From the NCBI GenBank assembly GCA_050331735.1, contig JBHJGN010000011.1, forward strand, positions 192,001 to 256,000: a DNA stretch of 64,000 bases. The letters are read 5' to 3'. Below the pieces are notes generated by a model. It had not been told where the DNA came from and ran no database searches. It saw only the letters and a program-made list of their open reading frames with translations. Shown here piece after piece: positions 21,100 through 31,024 of the stretch. Source of the stretch: Cyanophyceae cyanobacterium. GTDB lineage: Bacteria; Cyanobacteriota; Cyanobacteriia; Cyanobacteriales; JBHJGN01. The translations under genes were made by a program, and so were the position numbers. The first letter of the stretch is position 1. Each line of letters opens with the position of its first letter.

Positions 21100-21124
21100 A
21101 GGCCTCTCAACGTTCGAGAGGCCT
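21100..21124 (-). terminator. Stem-loop downstream of cpcS
   Basis: AGGCCTCTC-N7-GAGAGGCCT inverted repeat; weak U-tail. Confidence 0.5.
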
Positions 21125-21147
21125 ACCTAATCAATTTAGCTCCTACA

Positions 21148-21735
21148 TTACCAACCGCTGATGGAATGGGCCATTGTGGCAGGCTCGTCAGGCTGGGAGG
21201 CGTTGCTGGTTTCTACTGACGCGCGGACTTCAGCACAGAAAGTCGCTGTATTAAATCCGCCAAAGCGTTTGACGGTGCTGAAGCGCAGGCGAAGATCGGG
21301 ACTAGCAAACCAAAAGCGTTCGATAATGCTCATCGATTCGTAGTCGGTAACGAGGATCATCGCGTCTTCATCGTCGATTTCGTAGCGTCCGACGACTGGC
21401 ACAATTTCTGCATAACCTCTTTCTCGCAGCAGCCGCCCTTTGCTAGCATCGTCTGCGTCCGGCACGATGGCAAACACGGTTGTGCCTTCGTGGGTTTCGT
21501 CTTCTTTGTCCCACGCCATTGAGCCGTTCCAGGCTACCTGGGCGCCTCCTACCGTTAAACCCGGATCGACGCTGTGCATTTGGCACAGTTCAACGACTTG
21601 GGGATGATCGGCAGCGAGAGTTTCTACCTGGATGGCCGAGCCACCATTTTCTGCGCGTCGAAACGGCAGGTGATGGGTGGTGCGCTGCGATCGCCATTCT
21701 CCAGCACTGCGCTGAAAAAACTCCATTGCGTCCAA
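21148..21735 (-). CDS. cpcS: S-type phycobiliprotein lyase CpcS (CpcS-I type)
   Basis: FFQRSAGEWRSQRTTHHLPFRRAE, LLRERGYAEIVPV, ERFWFASPDLRLR, C-terminal ISGW. Confidence 0.88.
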   Translation of the reverse strand: MDAMEFFQRSAGEWRSQRTTHHLPFRRAENGGSAIQVETLAADHPQVVELCQMHSVDPGLTVGGAQVAWNGSMAWDKEDETHEGTTVFAIVPDADDASKGRLLRERGYAEIVPVVGRYEIDDEDAMILVTDYESMSIIERFWFASPDLRLRFSTVKRFGGFNTATFCAEVRASVETSNASQPDEPATMAHSISGW

Positions 21736-21885
21736 TTTAACGTCTCCTGTTAATGCATCTGTTCACGAAGTCAGAGGAAGTCCTGCTGTAGAACAACAGG
21801 GTTTCTCTGACAAGGAATTAAAAACAGTATTGCTCCTAAAACCTATTTATTATTGTGGCGTATTCAATATATATATTGATAGTCC

Positions 21886-23517
21886 TTAGCATCTTCGCCA
21901 CTTATTTAACTGCCTCTCGCCAATCCTGGCTACCGTTTGCAGTTGAGTAAGCTGATTTCTGAGCTCTTCAACTAAATATTTCTGTTCTTGAAACTGCTGT
22001 CGCAGCGACTCGTAATTTGCCTGCTGTTGTTTACCACTAGAGTGCTGTTCGTCGAGTTGGTGTTCTAGATTAGCTATTTGTTCGTTCTTTATGTCAAGCT
22101 GCTGCTGAAGGGACTGGTTGGTTTCTGACTGCTGGGCGGCTGTGGTTTCCTGTTCTTGAAGTTGATGCTTTAACTGGTCAAGCAGTGAGGCTTTCTCTTG
22201 AAACTGTTGTTGCCAAGATTGATTGGCTTGTAACTGCTGTGCAGCTAGCTCCTGCTGTTTGTGAAGCCGTTGTCGCAATTCATCTAGAAGATTGTCCCGT
22301 TCTTGAGTCTGCTGTTGCAGCGATTGATTTGTTTGAACGTGTTGTTGGTTAACAGTTTGCTGCTCTTGAAGTTGCCAATTGAGCCGATCAATTCTGTCTG
22401 CCTGTTCCTGAGACTGCTGTTGCAGAGTCTGGTTGATTTCTGATTGCTGAGTGGCTAGTTCCTGCTGTTCTCGAAGCTGTTGATTGAGTTCCTGGAGGAG
22501 ATGCTCTTGTTCTTTGGCCTGCTGTTGCAGATCTTGATTGGTCTGAACGTGCTGTTGATTGAGAGACTGCTGTTCTTGGAGTTGTTGATTAAGCTGGTCG
22601 ATAAGGGTAGCCTGTTCCTGAGACTGCTGTTGCAGGGACTGGTTGATTTCTGACTGCTGAGTGGCTAGTTCCTGCTGTTCTCGAAGCTGCTGTTGCAGTT
22701 CTTCGGTGAGGTGATGTTGTTCTGCTAGCTGTTGCAGCAGTGCTTGATGGACTTCCTCTTTTTCAGTAGCGGCAGAGCGTTGCTGCGTGAGTTGAGCTTG
22801 CAGTTCTGACACTAACTCGTTTTGGATCTCCAATTGCTGCTGAAGGGAACGGTGATTTTCAGACTGCTGTGCGGCGGAAGCTTGCTGTTCGGCAAGCTGC
22901 TTTTCTAAGCGATTGAGGAGATTCTTTTGGTCTTGAAACTGCTGCTGAAGCAGTTGATGAGCGTCCTCTTGCTCGGTAGCAGCAGAGCGTTGCTGCGTTA
23001 ATTGATTTTGTAACTCGGCAACGGCTTGATGTTGTGCTTCAAGCTGCTGCTGCAAAGACTGATTCTTCTCGGTTTGTTGACGATTAACAGCCTGTTGTTC
23101 TGCCAGTTGCTTCTTCATTACGTGCTCTTGCTCAGACTCTTTTTGAGTGTCCTCCACCGCAGTCTGATGCTGAAGCTGCTGTTTTAAGTCTTCAATGATT
23201 TTGGCTTGCTCTTGAATTTGATGAAGAGAGTCTTGTTCTGGGAGGCTTGACTGATGTTCGTTGGGCTGATTCGTTGCTGAGGCCGTCGCAGAAACGGGCC
23301 CAGAAGATTCTAGAGTAATAGTTTTATCTGCCGAATGGCTGGCGATCGCAATAGCACCTCTGGCCACGCTTTCAACGAGTTCAGATTTAGAGACCCCAGC
23401 CTGCTTAGCCATCTGACCCAGCAAGTTTAATCCTGTTGGCGTTAGCGATATTCCTAGCCTTGATTTGGTCTCTGTCTGCTTGCCGGAAGCTTTACGCTTT
23501 CTTTTGACCATTGGCAC
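21886..23517 (-). CDS. Ribbon-helix-helix/CopG-like N-terminal domain fused to a long Gln-rich 35-aa-repeat coiled coil
   Basis: SRLGISLTPTGLNLLGQMAKQAGVSKSELVESVARG, followed by about 440 aa of heptad repeats. Confidence 0.75.
   Translation of the reverse strand: MPMVKRKRKASGKQTETKSRLGISLTPTGLNLLGQMAKQAGVSKSELVESVARGAIAIASHSADKTITLESSGPVSATASATNQPNEHQSSLPEQDSLHQIQEQAKIIEDLKQQLQHQTAVEDTQKESEQEHVMKKQLAEQQAVNRQQTEKNQSLQQQLEAQHQAVAELQNQLTQQRSAATEQEDAHQLLQQQFQDQKNLLNRLEKQLAEQQASAAQQSENHRSLQQQLEIQNELVSELQAQLTQQRSAATEKEEVHQALLQQLAEQHHLTEELQQQLREQQELATQQSEINQSLQQQSQEQATLIDQLNQQLQEQQSLNQQHVQTNQDLQQQAKEQEHLLQELNQQLREQQELATQQSEINQTLQQQSQEQADRIDRLNWQLQEQQTVNQQHVQTNQSLQQQTQERDNLLDELRQRLHKQQELAAQQLQANQSWQQQFQEKASLLDQLKHQLQEQETTAAQQSETNQSLQQQLDIKNEQIANLEHQLDEQHSSGKQQQANYESLRQQFQEQKYLVEELRNQLTQLQTVARIGERQLNKWRRC
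22180..23100 (-). repeat. Intragenic tandem repeat, 105-bp unit with stronger 210-bp periodicity
   Basis: cctgttcctgagactgctgttgcag at 22401 and 22611; gtagc.gcagagcgttgctgcgt at 22766 and 22976. Confidence 0.85.
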
Positions 23518-23665
23518 TATCCTTTCTACGGGCGATGTAAACTTTTAGTATAAAGTAGCCAAAGCCTTTCTAGAAGCAAGCTGTGGCATTTAGCAATCAT
23601 TCTTATGATTCGTTTTTGCTGATTGTTGATGGCTCATCAATAGTTGTTTTCTAATGACACGCTTT

Positions 23666-24235
23666 TCAAAAATTGTCAGAAGAAGCTTGCTTTTGTTCGA
23701 CGCCAAAGCCAACAAGCACAACGTTTTTTAGCTCCTCACCTAATGGTGGACGCTGGTAAGTTACGATTTTCCTAATTCTTAACTCTGAGTTAATCAGAGT
23801 AATTGAATCAACCGCCACTACGCGAGTATAGTTTGTCGTCATTAAGAGTTCATTTGTGCGGGAATCAAAGCGAAAGTGGGAAACAATTGGCTTAGCTTCT
23901 TCGTAGGCTCGATCTCTTAAATAATCTCCTTTAATGACCAAATCTTGTTCCTGTTTGGGAACAAATAAAATGTTGAGGTTTTGAGAAACTTCTTCGCCTG
24001 TTTCGGAAACGGTATGAAAACCGAGGTTGTACCCAGGAAGGTTCCCTAACTCTGGCGTGGGAGCATACTGATTATCGGACAAAACCTTGGTTTTGCGCTC
24101 TGCCGTCAGCGGATGAATGACAAATTCTGTCCGCGATCGCTCTACTTCTCGTGATGCTAAATAGTGGTAAGTTCGCTCGGTTACCCAACTGCCCACGCAG
24201 CAGTCGAAAAAGCGATGAAAGGTCGAGGTATTCAT
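23666..24235 (-). CDS. CpcS/CpeS-family phycobiliprotein lyase paralog (CpcV-like)
   Basis: FFDCCVGSWVTERTYHYL, YLRDRAYEE, ELRIRKI. Confidence 0.8.
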   Translation of the reverse strand: MNTSTFHRFFDCCVGSWVTERTYHYLASREVERSRTEFVIHPLTAERKTKVLSDNQYAPTPELGNLPGYNLGFHTVSETGEEVSQNLNILFVPKQEQDLVIKGDYLRDRAYEEAKPIVSHFRFDSRTNELLMTTNYTRVVAVDSITLINSELRIRKIVTYQRPPLGEELKNVVLVGFGVEQKQASSDNF

Positions 24236-24387
24236 AGTCAAAGCTGATGTTACTCTGATTGATTTTCCCACCTGAGAAAGATTATGGCGGAGAGATTGTT
24301 GACTATAGTTTAAGAAATGTTAAAATCGTCGAAACAAACATTGACCGATTGCATTTTTTGTAATAGCGCCAAAACGAGGCTATCTTT

Positions 24388-24921
24388 ATGACATCAGTGC
24401 CAGTTGCTCAATTTTCTCCAGAATCCCTAGCGGTGGAATTTTTTCGTCAGTCCGAGGGGCAGTGGCACTCTCAACGACGCTACTACACTCTAAACCAAGA
24501 AGCTGAACCGCAAGAAGTTGTTAGTAGGATCGCGGTTCGTTTTCTCGAGGCAGGTGCTCCTGAATTGACTCATCTAGCTCAGCTACATCAGCTAGAAGCA
24601 GAATTTGTTGGCGGTTCTCAAGTTACTTGGGAAAGCACCTATACAAATCAGACTCGCAAACCATCGAAAGGCACAACCGTATTCGGCGTATTGGGAAAGA
24701 CTCTATACAGAGATCGCGGCTTTGCCACGGCTAAACCGGTCACCGCACAATTTTTCTTTTCCAATCCGCAAACGATGTGCTTGAGAACGGAGTACCAAGG
24801 CTCAGTATTTGAGGAAGAGCTAAAGCTAATTGGAGATAAGTACCGGACAAGACAGACAATTATCTCGAGAGCAGGCGAGGAGCAGATGATTGGTCAGTAT
24901 TTGGAGAAGCGGATGGGCTAG
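24388..24921 (+). CDS. CpcS/CpeS-family phycobiliprotein lyase paralog
   Basis: FFRQSEGQWHSQRRYYTL, LYRDRGFAT, FEEELKL..YRTRQT. Confidence 0.8.
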   Translation: MTSVPVAQFSPESLAVEFFRQSEGQWHSQRRYYTLNQEAEPQEVVSRIAVRFLEAGAPELTHLAQLHQLEAEFVGGSQVTWESTYTNQTRKPSKGTTVFGVLGKTLYRDRGFATAKPVTAQFFFSNPQTMCLRTEYQGSVFEEELKLIGDKYRTRQTIISRAGEEQMIGQYLEKRMG

Positions 24922-24980
24922 ATTCATAGTTTGGGGAACGGTTTACTCTACTAATCTTGTTTGCTGTGTCCACTGTAGAA

Positions 24981-25011
24981 GCTGTTAGCTTTTTGAGCTA
25001 ACAGTTTTTTT
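24981..25011 (+). terminator. Intrinsic terminator
   Basis: GCTGTTAGCT-N5-AGCTAACAGT followed by a T-run. Confidence 0.7.
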
Positions 25012-25213
25012 GGGGTCTAGCCTAGGCCTCAATAGCAAGCCCACAAAAAGAAACTTTTTCAAACATCACCGCGTCTCTAACTGAGTCAGAAAAAATCTCA
25101 ATCAATCCGTTCTGACGGTGTTTCTCGAAATAGTCTCTCTGCTTAAGCCCTTGCAGAATAACAAGCTTTGTGTAGAGAGTTAACAGCAATTCCTTCTCTA
25201 GGTAGATTAAATT

Positions 25214-26008
25214 ATGCTGCCAATATCAACAAAATTCCGTTTTAGAGCTGCTTGGACAAAAAGCATCGGTTTATCCCCTGTGGTTATTTTACTGGCGAGC
25301 GCTGGAGCAACTGCGTCGCCGATCGATTCTTTCTTTAAGGCAACAGTCAACCCAGGCATACTGCTCAGTCAGGCAGAAGCGCCACCCGATGTGATTATTG
25401 ACACAGATCCTCAAGGCTCTGGTTCATCCACGTCTATTCCCTCAACAACCAATGGCGACCAGCGCTTTTCCTGTCAAATGGTCGACGGTGAGTATACGGT
25501 CGTGTACTATCCCCAAAGCCAACCCGGGCAAGCCTACCCGTGGGCCGTGCCCAGACAGCTTGGCGGTGGCTGGACATCAGCAAAGCGCTGTGATGCCATT
25601 AGTCAACGCCTGGAGTCCTATCGACCGGATGGTTTAGTAGAGTTAACCACGTCGGTAGAGAACAACTACGAGACGATTTGCGTCACCACCGAAGCCGATC
25701 CGAGCTGCCGCATTGTGCTGACGGTTCCTCCTGGTCAAGATGCTCTCGTCACCCGCGATCGCGTTTTCCAAAACTTAACAACCGCAGATAGTGGTCAAAT
25801 GACTCAGGGGGTCAACACGTTCAGAGGTGACAATGGAGAGCAGCTCATTGAGCAAATTGGGCGAGCAATCAATCTCAATACAGCTCAGGGAGGAATTAAC
25901 CTCAAGCCTTTCCTCGACGAGGCAGATGGTGGAACTGGCACTCAACTTCGCGGTGCTCAGCCTCGCCCCTCTGATGGTCAGCCGCTCAATCCCGACAATT
26001 TTCGTTAG
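25214..26008 (+). CDS. COP23-domain secreted protein
   Basis: Signal peptide, RFSCQ, GGGWTSAKRCDAISQRLE, NNYETICV. Confidence 0.8.
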   Translation: MLPISTKFRFRAAWTKSIGLSPVVILLASAGATASPIDSFFKATVNPGILLSQAEAPPDVIIDTDPQGSGSSTSIPSTTNGDQRFSCQMVDGEYTVVYYPQSQPGQAYPWAVPRQLGGGWTSAKRCDAISQRLESYRPDGLVELTTSVENNYETICVTTEADPSCRIVLTVPPGQDALVTRDRVFQNLTTADSGQMTQGVNTFRGDNGEQLIEQIGRAINLNTAQGGINLKPFLDEADGGTGTQLRGAQPRPSDGQPLNPDNFR

Positions 26009-26050
26009 CGGTCAGAATCAGCTTTAGTCCCTATCGATTGATATATCTTA

Positions 26051-26077
26051 AGAAAGAGCGGTGCAGCCGCTCTTTCT
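26051..26077. terminator. Perfect 11-bp hairpin after the COP23 gene, likely terminator insulating the cpc promoter
   Basis: AGAAAGAGCGG-TGCAG-CCGCTCTTTCT. Confidence 0.65.
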
Positions 26078-26260
26078 GCATTAAAGCCCAGTATTGGTAA
26101 GCGCATCAGAACTTTTTAGGTACAGACACTTACTATTTTCAGTCAGCAGCTCAGCATCAAAAAAAGCAGAAATTTAAGAATAATTTTAGCTTTTCTTCGT
26201 GATTAGTTATAAATGGAGAACTTTACATTTCTTTGTTTTTCGACAGATAAAACGAGCCAA

Positions 26261-26320
26261 AAATTAACAATACGTAACAAAAAAAGAGAGAATAGCATTG
26301 TATAAAGGTTACTTGGGAGG
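26261..26320 (+). promoter_or_regulatory. cpcB promoter with HLR1-like (RpaB) direct repeat, followed by an approximately 280-nt leader
   Basis: TTAACAAT-AC-GTAACAAA (26264-26281) then TTGTATAAAGGTTACTTGGGA. This matches the layout I recall for the Synechocystis cpcB promoter. Confidence 0.65.
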
Positions 26321-26591
26321 ACTAAATAACATGCACAAGCCTCTCCGAAACTTCGCTTAACCTTCTTTTGCGGGTTTCTCATAAACTCGCTGCTTGGTCT
26401 CATTTTTTAGCAGTTTTGTGCTATCACTGAAGGTCTAAATCTGAGCAACCAAGCAATAAGGTTCAACAGGTGAAGTGGAAGAGATAATCTGCCTCACTAG
26501 GAAGTGCAGATATTCAGGCGACTAAAACCTCTCAAGAGAAACTTCATTTACATACAACCAACGACTAAGGTCTAGTAGGAGATAAAAACTA

Positions 26592-27110
26592 ATGTACGAT
26601 GCATTTACTCGGGTGATTTCCCAAGCTGATAGCAGAGGCGAATTTTTGAGCAACGAGCAGCTCGACGCTCTGACCGAGATGGTTAAGAACAAAAATAGCC
26701 GTCTTGATACCGTTAACAGAGTAACCGGTAGTGCTTCTCAAATCGTTACCGATGCTGCTCGCGCCCTATTTGCCGAACAGCCTCAGCTAATTCAGCCTGG
26801 CGGTAATGCTTATACCAACCGTCGTAATGCGGCTTGCCTGCGCGACATGGAAATCATTCTGCGCTACATCACCTACGCGATGCTGGCTGGCGATGCTAGC
26901 GTTCTTGAGGACCGCTGCCTCAATGGCCTGCGGGAAACCTATCAGGCTCTGGGCGTACCAGGTGCTTCGACCGCTAACGGCATTCAGAAAATGAAAGAGA
27001 TTGCCATCCAGACTGCTAACAACCCCAACAACATCACTCAAGGTGATTGCAGCCAGCTTATGTCTGAGCTAGGCAGCTACTTCGATCGGGCTGCAGCGGC
27101 GGTTGCTTAA
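26592..27110 (+). CDS. cpcB: C-phycocyanin beta subunit
   Basis: 172 aa; [16 protein letters not shown] (Cys82), GDCS (Cys153). Confidence 0.97.
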   Translation: MYDAFTRVISQADSRGEFLSNEQLDALTEMVKNKNSRLDTVNRVTGSASQIVTDAARALFAEQPQLIQPGGNAYTNRRNAACLRDMEIILRYITYAMLAGDASVLEDRCLNGLRETYQALGVPGASTANGIQKMKEIAIQTANNPNNITQGDCSQLMSELGSYFDRAAAAVA

Positions 27111-27188
27111 GTCGGCTGCTTTTTGAGTACCGCAGAAATTGAGGTTGTCCTCAACCATTGAACACCATAATTACAAGAGATATCTACC

Positions 27189-27677
27189 ATGAAAACTCCA
27201 CTTACCGAAGCGGTTGCTACCGCAGATAGCCAAGGTCGTTTCTTGAGCAATACCGAATTGCAGGGTGCTATGGGCCGTTTCGACCGCGCTGAGTCCAGCA
27301 TGCAGGCGGCTCGGACGCTAACCCAAAAGTCTCAGGACTTGATTAACGGGGCGGCTCAGGCTGTATACAATAAGTTCCCTTATACTACTCAAATGCAGGG
27401 GCCTCAGTATGCGGCTGACCAGCGCGGTAAGGACAAGTGTGCTCGCGATATTGGTCACTACCTCCGCATGGTGACCTACTGCCTAATCGCTGGCGGCACC
27501 GGTCCAATGGACGAGTACCTCGTTGCTGGACTTGATGAAATCAACCGTGCTTACGAGCTGTCCCCGAGCTGGTACATTGAAGCGCTGAAGTACATCAAAG
27601 CCAACCACGGGATCACTGGTCAGGCTGGTAACGAAGCCAACACCTACATTGACTACGCTATCAACGCTCTGAGCTAA
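27189..27677 (+). CDS. cpcA: C-phycocyanin alpha subunit
   Basis: 162 aa; [19 protein letters not shown] (Cys84). Confidence 0.97.
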   Translation: MKTPLTEAVATADSQGRFLSNTELQGAMGRFDRAESSMQAARTLTQKSQDLINGAAQAVYNKFPYTTQMQGPQYAADQRGKDKCARDIGHYLRMVTYCLIAGGTGPMDEYLVAGLDEINRAYELSPSWYIEALKYIKANHGITGQAGNEANTYIDYAINALS

Positions 27678-27691
27678 CCTGTAAGGGTTTT

Positions 27692-27752
27692 GCCCGGAAG
27701 AATTCAGCGAATGTTGGCAATTGAGGCTAGCACTTGCTAATTTTTCCGGGCA
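27692..27752 (+). terminator. Long stem-loop between cpcA and cpcC (partial terminator or mRNA stabiliser)
   Basis: GCCCGGAAGAATT...AATTTTTCCGGGC inverted repeat followed by a T-rich stretch. Confidence 0.6.
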
Positions 27753-27805
27753 TTGTTTTTATTAAATCGTTAAAAAACTTTAAAAACACGGATTCGGAGA
27801 ATAAC

Positions 27806-28681
27806 ATGAGTGGGCTTTTAGTAGCATCGAATCTAGCGGCATCAGGGCGGCTGGGACTGGATGCCTTTGACGGAACGAAAGTAGAACTGAGGCCAGATTG
27901 GACAGAAGACGATCTCCAAGCGGTCTTTCGACAAGCATACCGCCAGGTGCTCGGCAACGATTACATTATGAAAGCGGAGCGTCTCACCGAGGCAGAATCT
28001 CTGCTGCGCCAGGGTAATCTTACCGTTCGAGACTTTGTGCGGGCGATCGCCAAATCGGATCTCTACAAAACAAAGTTTTTCTACCCTAATAACAATCAGC
28101 GCTTTGTTGAGCTCAACTTCAAACATTTGCTCGGTCGTCCTCCCTACGATCAGGCAGAATCAGCCGAGCACACTCGCCGCGTCGAGGATGAAGGGTACGA
28201 TGCTGAAATTGATTCTTACTTCGAGAGCGAGGAGTACGAGAACAAATTTGGGGACAACATTGTTCCCTACTACACTGGCTTTTTAGTCGATCAAGAATCG
28301 AGAACTGTCGGCTTTAGCCGCATGTTCCAACTCTATCGGGGCTATGCGAACAACGACCGCGGTCAGATGGGAGCGAAAAGCGGTCGATTAGTGGCTGAAA
28401 TCGCCAAGAACCAGGCATCTAAAATTAGAGAGCCCATTGGCGGCAGCAGCGGCAAAACGCAGTTAAAATCAGAAACGCCGCAGAAATCTTTTGGACAGGT
28501 AGGGAAGGAAACAGACCGGATCTACCGCATTGAGGTAAGTGGTCTTATCGGTCGCACCATTCGCAACTCGAATATCAACCGCAGCAATAAAGCGATTTTA
28601 GTCCCCTACAGTCAGCTCAGCGATCGCCTCCAGCAGCTTGTCAAGCGCGGGGGAAAGATCGTGAGCGTCAGACCCGCCTAG
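27806..28681 (+). CDS. cpcC: Phycocyanin rod linker
   Basis: PBS linker domain ([17 protein letters not shown]) plus C-terminal CpcD-like domain. ATG at 27806 after GGAGA. Confidence 0.92.
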   Translation: MSGLLVASNLAASGRLGLDAFDGTKVELRPDWTEDDLQAVFRQAYRQVLGNDYIMKAERLTEAESLLRQGNLTVRDFVRAIAKSDLYKTKFFYPNNNQRFVELNFKHLLGRPPYDQAESAEHTRRVEDEGYDAEIDSYFESEEYENKFGDNIVPYYTGFLVDQESRTVGFSRMFQLYRGYANNDRGQMGAKSGRLVAEIAKNQASKIREPIGGSSGKTQLKSETPQKSFGQVGKETDRIYRIEVSGLIGRTIRNSNINRSNKAILVPYSQLSDRLQQLVKRGGKIVSVRPA

Positions 28682-28722
28682 GTTAATCAACACAGCCAGT
28701 GCAACAGCACAGAGTATCGGGC

Positions 28723-28761
28723 AAGTGATGGTGGGTGATAAACGTCTGCCATCGCTTTTTT
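28723..28761 (+). terminator. Terminator-like hairpin between cpcC and cpcD
   Basis: AAGTGATGGTGG...CTGCCATCGCTT followed by T-run. Confidence 0.5.
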
Positions 28762-28793
28762 AAAGTTAGTTTGTATTAGGAGCAGTATCAACG

Positions 28794-29144
28794 ATGTTTG
28801 GTCAAACGACCCAGGGAAGCGGCAACGTCAGCGATTTGGATAATCGCATGTATCGGATTGAAGTGGAGGGTATGGGACAAAATACCAATCCTAACCGCGT
28901 GAGCTACCGCATACGCAGTACCGGAAAAACCTATATTACGGTTTCCTATGATCGCATGAGCGAGCAGATGCAGCGGATTAACCGCATGGGAGGTAAAATT
29001 CTCAGCATCGAACCGTTGACCGCAGACGGCAGCAGCCAAGCCAAAATGGAAGCGACTGGGGTTCATCAAAATTTGAACGCCAGCGGCAAGCCTAAAACCG
29101 TTGGGGCAGATGGTTCGGGAACCGAAGAAAATCCGCAAGGATAG
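28794..29144 (+). CDS. cpcD: Rod-capping linker CpcD with C-terminal extension
   Basis: MFGQTT, RMYRIEV, RMSEQMQRINRMGGKILSIEP. Confidence 0.9.
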   Translation: MFGQTTQGSGNVSDLDNRMYRIEVEGMGQNTNPNRVSYRIRSTGKTYITVSYDRMSEQMQRINRMGGKILSIEPLTADGSSQAKMEATGVHQNLNASGKPKTVGADGSGTEENPQG

Positions 29145-29163
29145 ACGCTGAGGAGCAAAACGT

Positions 29164-29973
29164 ATGACAGCAGGGGAATCATCTGGTGGCGAGGCTTTAA
29201 CTGTCGAACAGGCCATTGCTAATCTACAGCAGCGCGAGGATTTAGGTCTGCGCTACTATGCCGCGTGGTGGCTGGGCAAGTTTAGAGTCCGCGATCGCCG
29301 GGCGATTGATGCTTTGATTGAAGCATTAACCGACGAAGCCGATCGATCGCCAGATGGAGGCTATCCCCTGCGACGTAACGCTGCCCGTGCGCTCGGCAAA
29401 CTGAACGAGCCGCGAGCCGTCCTGCCCCTAATCGACTGCTTAAACTGCTCAGACTATTACGTGCGTGAAGCCGCAGCTCAGGCTCTAGAAACGTTAGGCG
29501 ATCACCGCTGTATTCCCGCCCTCACCACTTTACTGTCCGGGGGCGTAGCAGCCGCTCAACCCGTTCCTGGTAAACCCCATCTGGTTCAGCCTACCGAAGC
29601 GGTCCTAGAAGCCTTGGGAACGTTAGCCGCCACAGAAGCAATTTCCTTGATTGAGCCTTTTCTCGCTCATCCAGTCCCCAAAGTACAGTACGCCGCTGCT
29701 AGAGCAATGTATCAGCTCACTGGCGATTCCCGCTATGGGGAACGGTTGGTTCGGGCTCTGTACGCCGATAAACTTCCGCTACGTCGTTCTGCTCTGATGG
29801 ATTTAGGAGCCATCGGCTATACCCCCGGAGCGGCGGCGATCGCCAAAGCGCCGACAGAAAGCAGCCTCAAACTTATTGCGTTGAGAGGTTTACTGACGCA
29901 TCAGCTCGCCCAGAACCAGGAATTATCGAAGCAAAGTATTCAGGTAATGACCTTGATGGATCAGCTCTTGTAG
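29164..29973 (+). CDS. cpcE: Phycocyanin alpha-subunit PCB lyase CpcE
   Basis: RYYAAWWLGKF, GGYPLRRNAARALG, HEAT repeats. Confidence 0.93.
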   Translation: MTAGESSGGEALTVEQAIANLQQREDLGLRYYAAWWLGKFRVRDRRAIDALIEALTDEADRSPDGGYPLRRNAARALGKLNEPRAVLPLIDCLNCSDYYVREAAAQALETLGDHRCIPALTTLLSGGVAAAQPVPGKPHLVQPTEAVLEALGTLAATEAISLIEPFLAHPVPKVQYAAARAMYQLTGDSRYGERLVRALYADKLPLRRSALMDLGAIGYTPGAAAIAKAPTESSLKLIALRGLLTHQLAQNQELSKQSIQVMTLMDQLL

Positions 29974-30018
29974 CTGCTGATTTAAATTAGGAATTGAATC
30001 ACTATCCCGTCAAGATGA

Positions 30019-30648
30019 ATGAACACCGAAAACCTCATTCAAGCCGTCGAACAGTCTCACTCTAGCGCGAGCCTCATCTCAGCCGTCAGCACCCTCGCCG
30101 CCGCTCATCAAGAGGAGGCGATTCCTACTTTAGTCAAAGTGCTGGGGTTTAACAATCCTGGTGCAGCGGCGGTCGCCGTAGACGGCTTGGTTGCTCTCGG
30201 AGAGCCAGCCGTCGCCTACTTATTGAACAATCTTGATAGCTACGATTACGGAGCGAGAGCTTGGGCAACCCGCGCCCTGGCGGAAATTGGCGATCCTCGT
30301 GCCTTGTCGCTGCTGTTAGAGGCAGCGCGGGGAGACTTTGCCCTCAGCGTTCGTCGCGCGGCGGCTAAAGGATTAGGAAACCTCCAGTGGTCAAAGTTTC
30401 CCCCACAACAAAGAGCGGAAGCTCAAAAGCAGGTGTTGCAGACTCTGGCAACCGTCACCCGGGATTCAGAATGGGTGGTGGGCTATGCCGCCGTCGTCGG
30501 TTTACAGTCTTTAGCCTCGTCGGTGGCAGAGTCTTTGGCAGTCGAAATTAAGGCACAACTACAGCAGGTCGCTCAAACTCACTCGGATGCTGCGGTTTGC
30601 GCTCGCGCTCAGCTCGCCTTGCAGCAACAATCGTCTGCTCTACGCTGA
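30019..30648 (+). CDS. cpcF: Phycocyanin alpha-subunit PCB lyase CpcF
   Basis: LGFNNPGAA, YGARAWATRALA, DFALSVRRAAAKGLG. Confidence 0.93.
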   Translation: MNTENLIQAVEQSHSSASLISAVSTLAAAHQEEAIPTLVKVLGFNNPGAAAVAVDGLVALGEPAVAYLLNNLDSYDYGARAWATRALAEIGDPRALSLLLEAARGDFALSVRRAAAKGLGNLQWSKFPPQQRAEAQKQVLQTLATVTRDSEWVVGYAAVVGLQSLASSVAESLAVEIKAQLQQVAQTHSDAAVCARAQLALQQQSSALR

Positions 30649-30715
30649 TTCGCTTTAAGTCCGTTCTATCTACCGCTAGACATCCAGCGATCTTCACCGG
30701 TTTAGGCTGTCCGAC

Positions 30716-31024
30716 TTAGGGCTCGGCATCAACCGCTCGCGCTTCTTGGACGATGACAAAAGGCTGCACAATGAGAGTCATGAAGGCTTTACCCGGTTCG
30801 CTATTCCAGGCTGTTAGCTGGTTGGCGTAGGGTTTGTGAATGAGCTCTCGGCTAATCCAGTTTTGCACCAACGCTGAGTCATCTTGTGCGATCGCTTCTC
30901 CCACATCCAGCAGGTTGAGAGTGTCGTTGACAACAATCACGGCATCCCTCTTGGCGTGAGGAATCAGCGTACTCCACGCAACGCTAGCAAGTTCTTCGGT
31001 CAACTGTTCTCGAATCGTCGGCAT
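30716..31024 (-). CDS. DUF2288 family protein
   Basis: W..LIPHAKRDAVIVV..L.LLDVGEAIAQDD...LIVQPFV. Its ATG directly follows the hppD stop codon. Confidence 0.8.
   Translation of the reverse strand: MPTIREQLTEELASVAWSTLIPHAKRDAVIVVNDTLNLLDVGEAIAQDDSALVQNWISRELIHKPYANQLTAWNSEPGKAFMTLIVQPFVIVQEARAVDAEP

Noticed and set aside
26203..26403. 66-aa minus-strand ORF upstream of cpcB
   Set aside because: Overlaps the recognisable cpcB promoter and leader.
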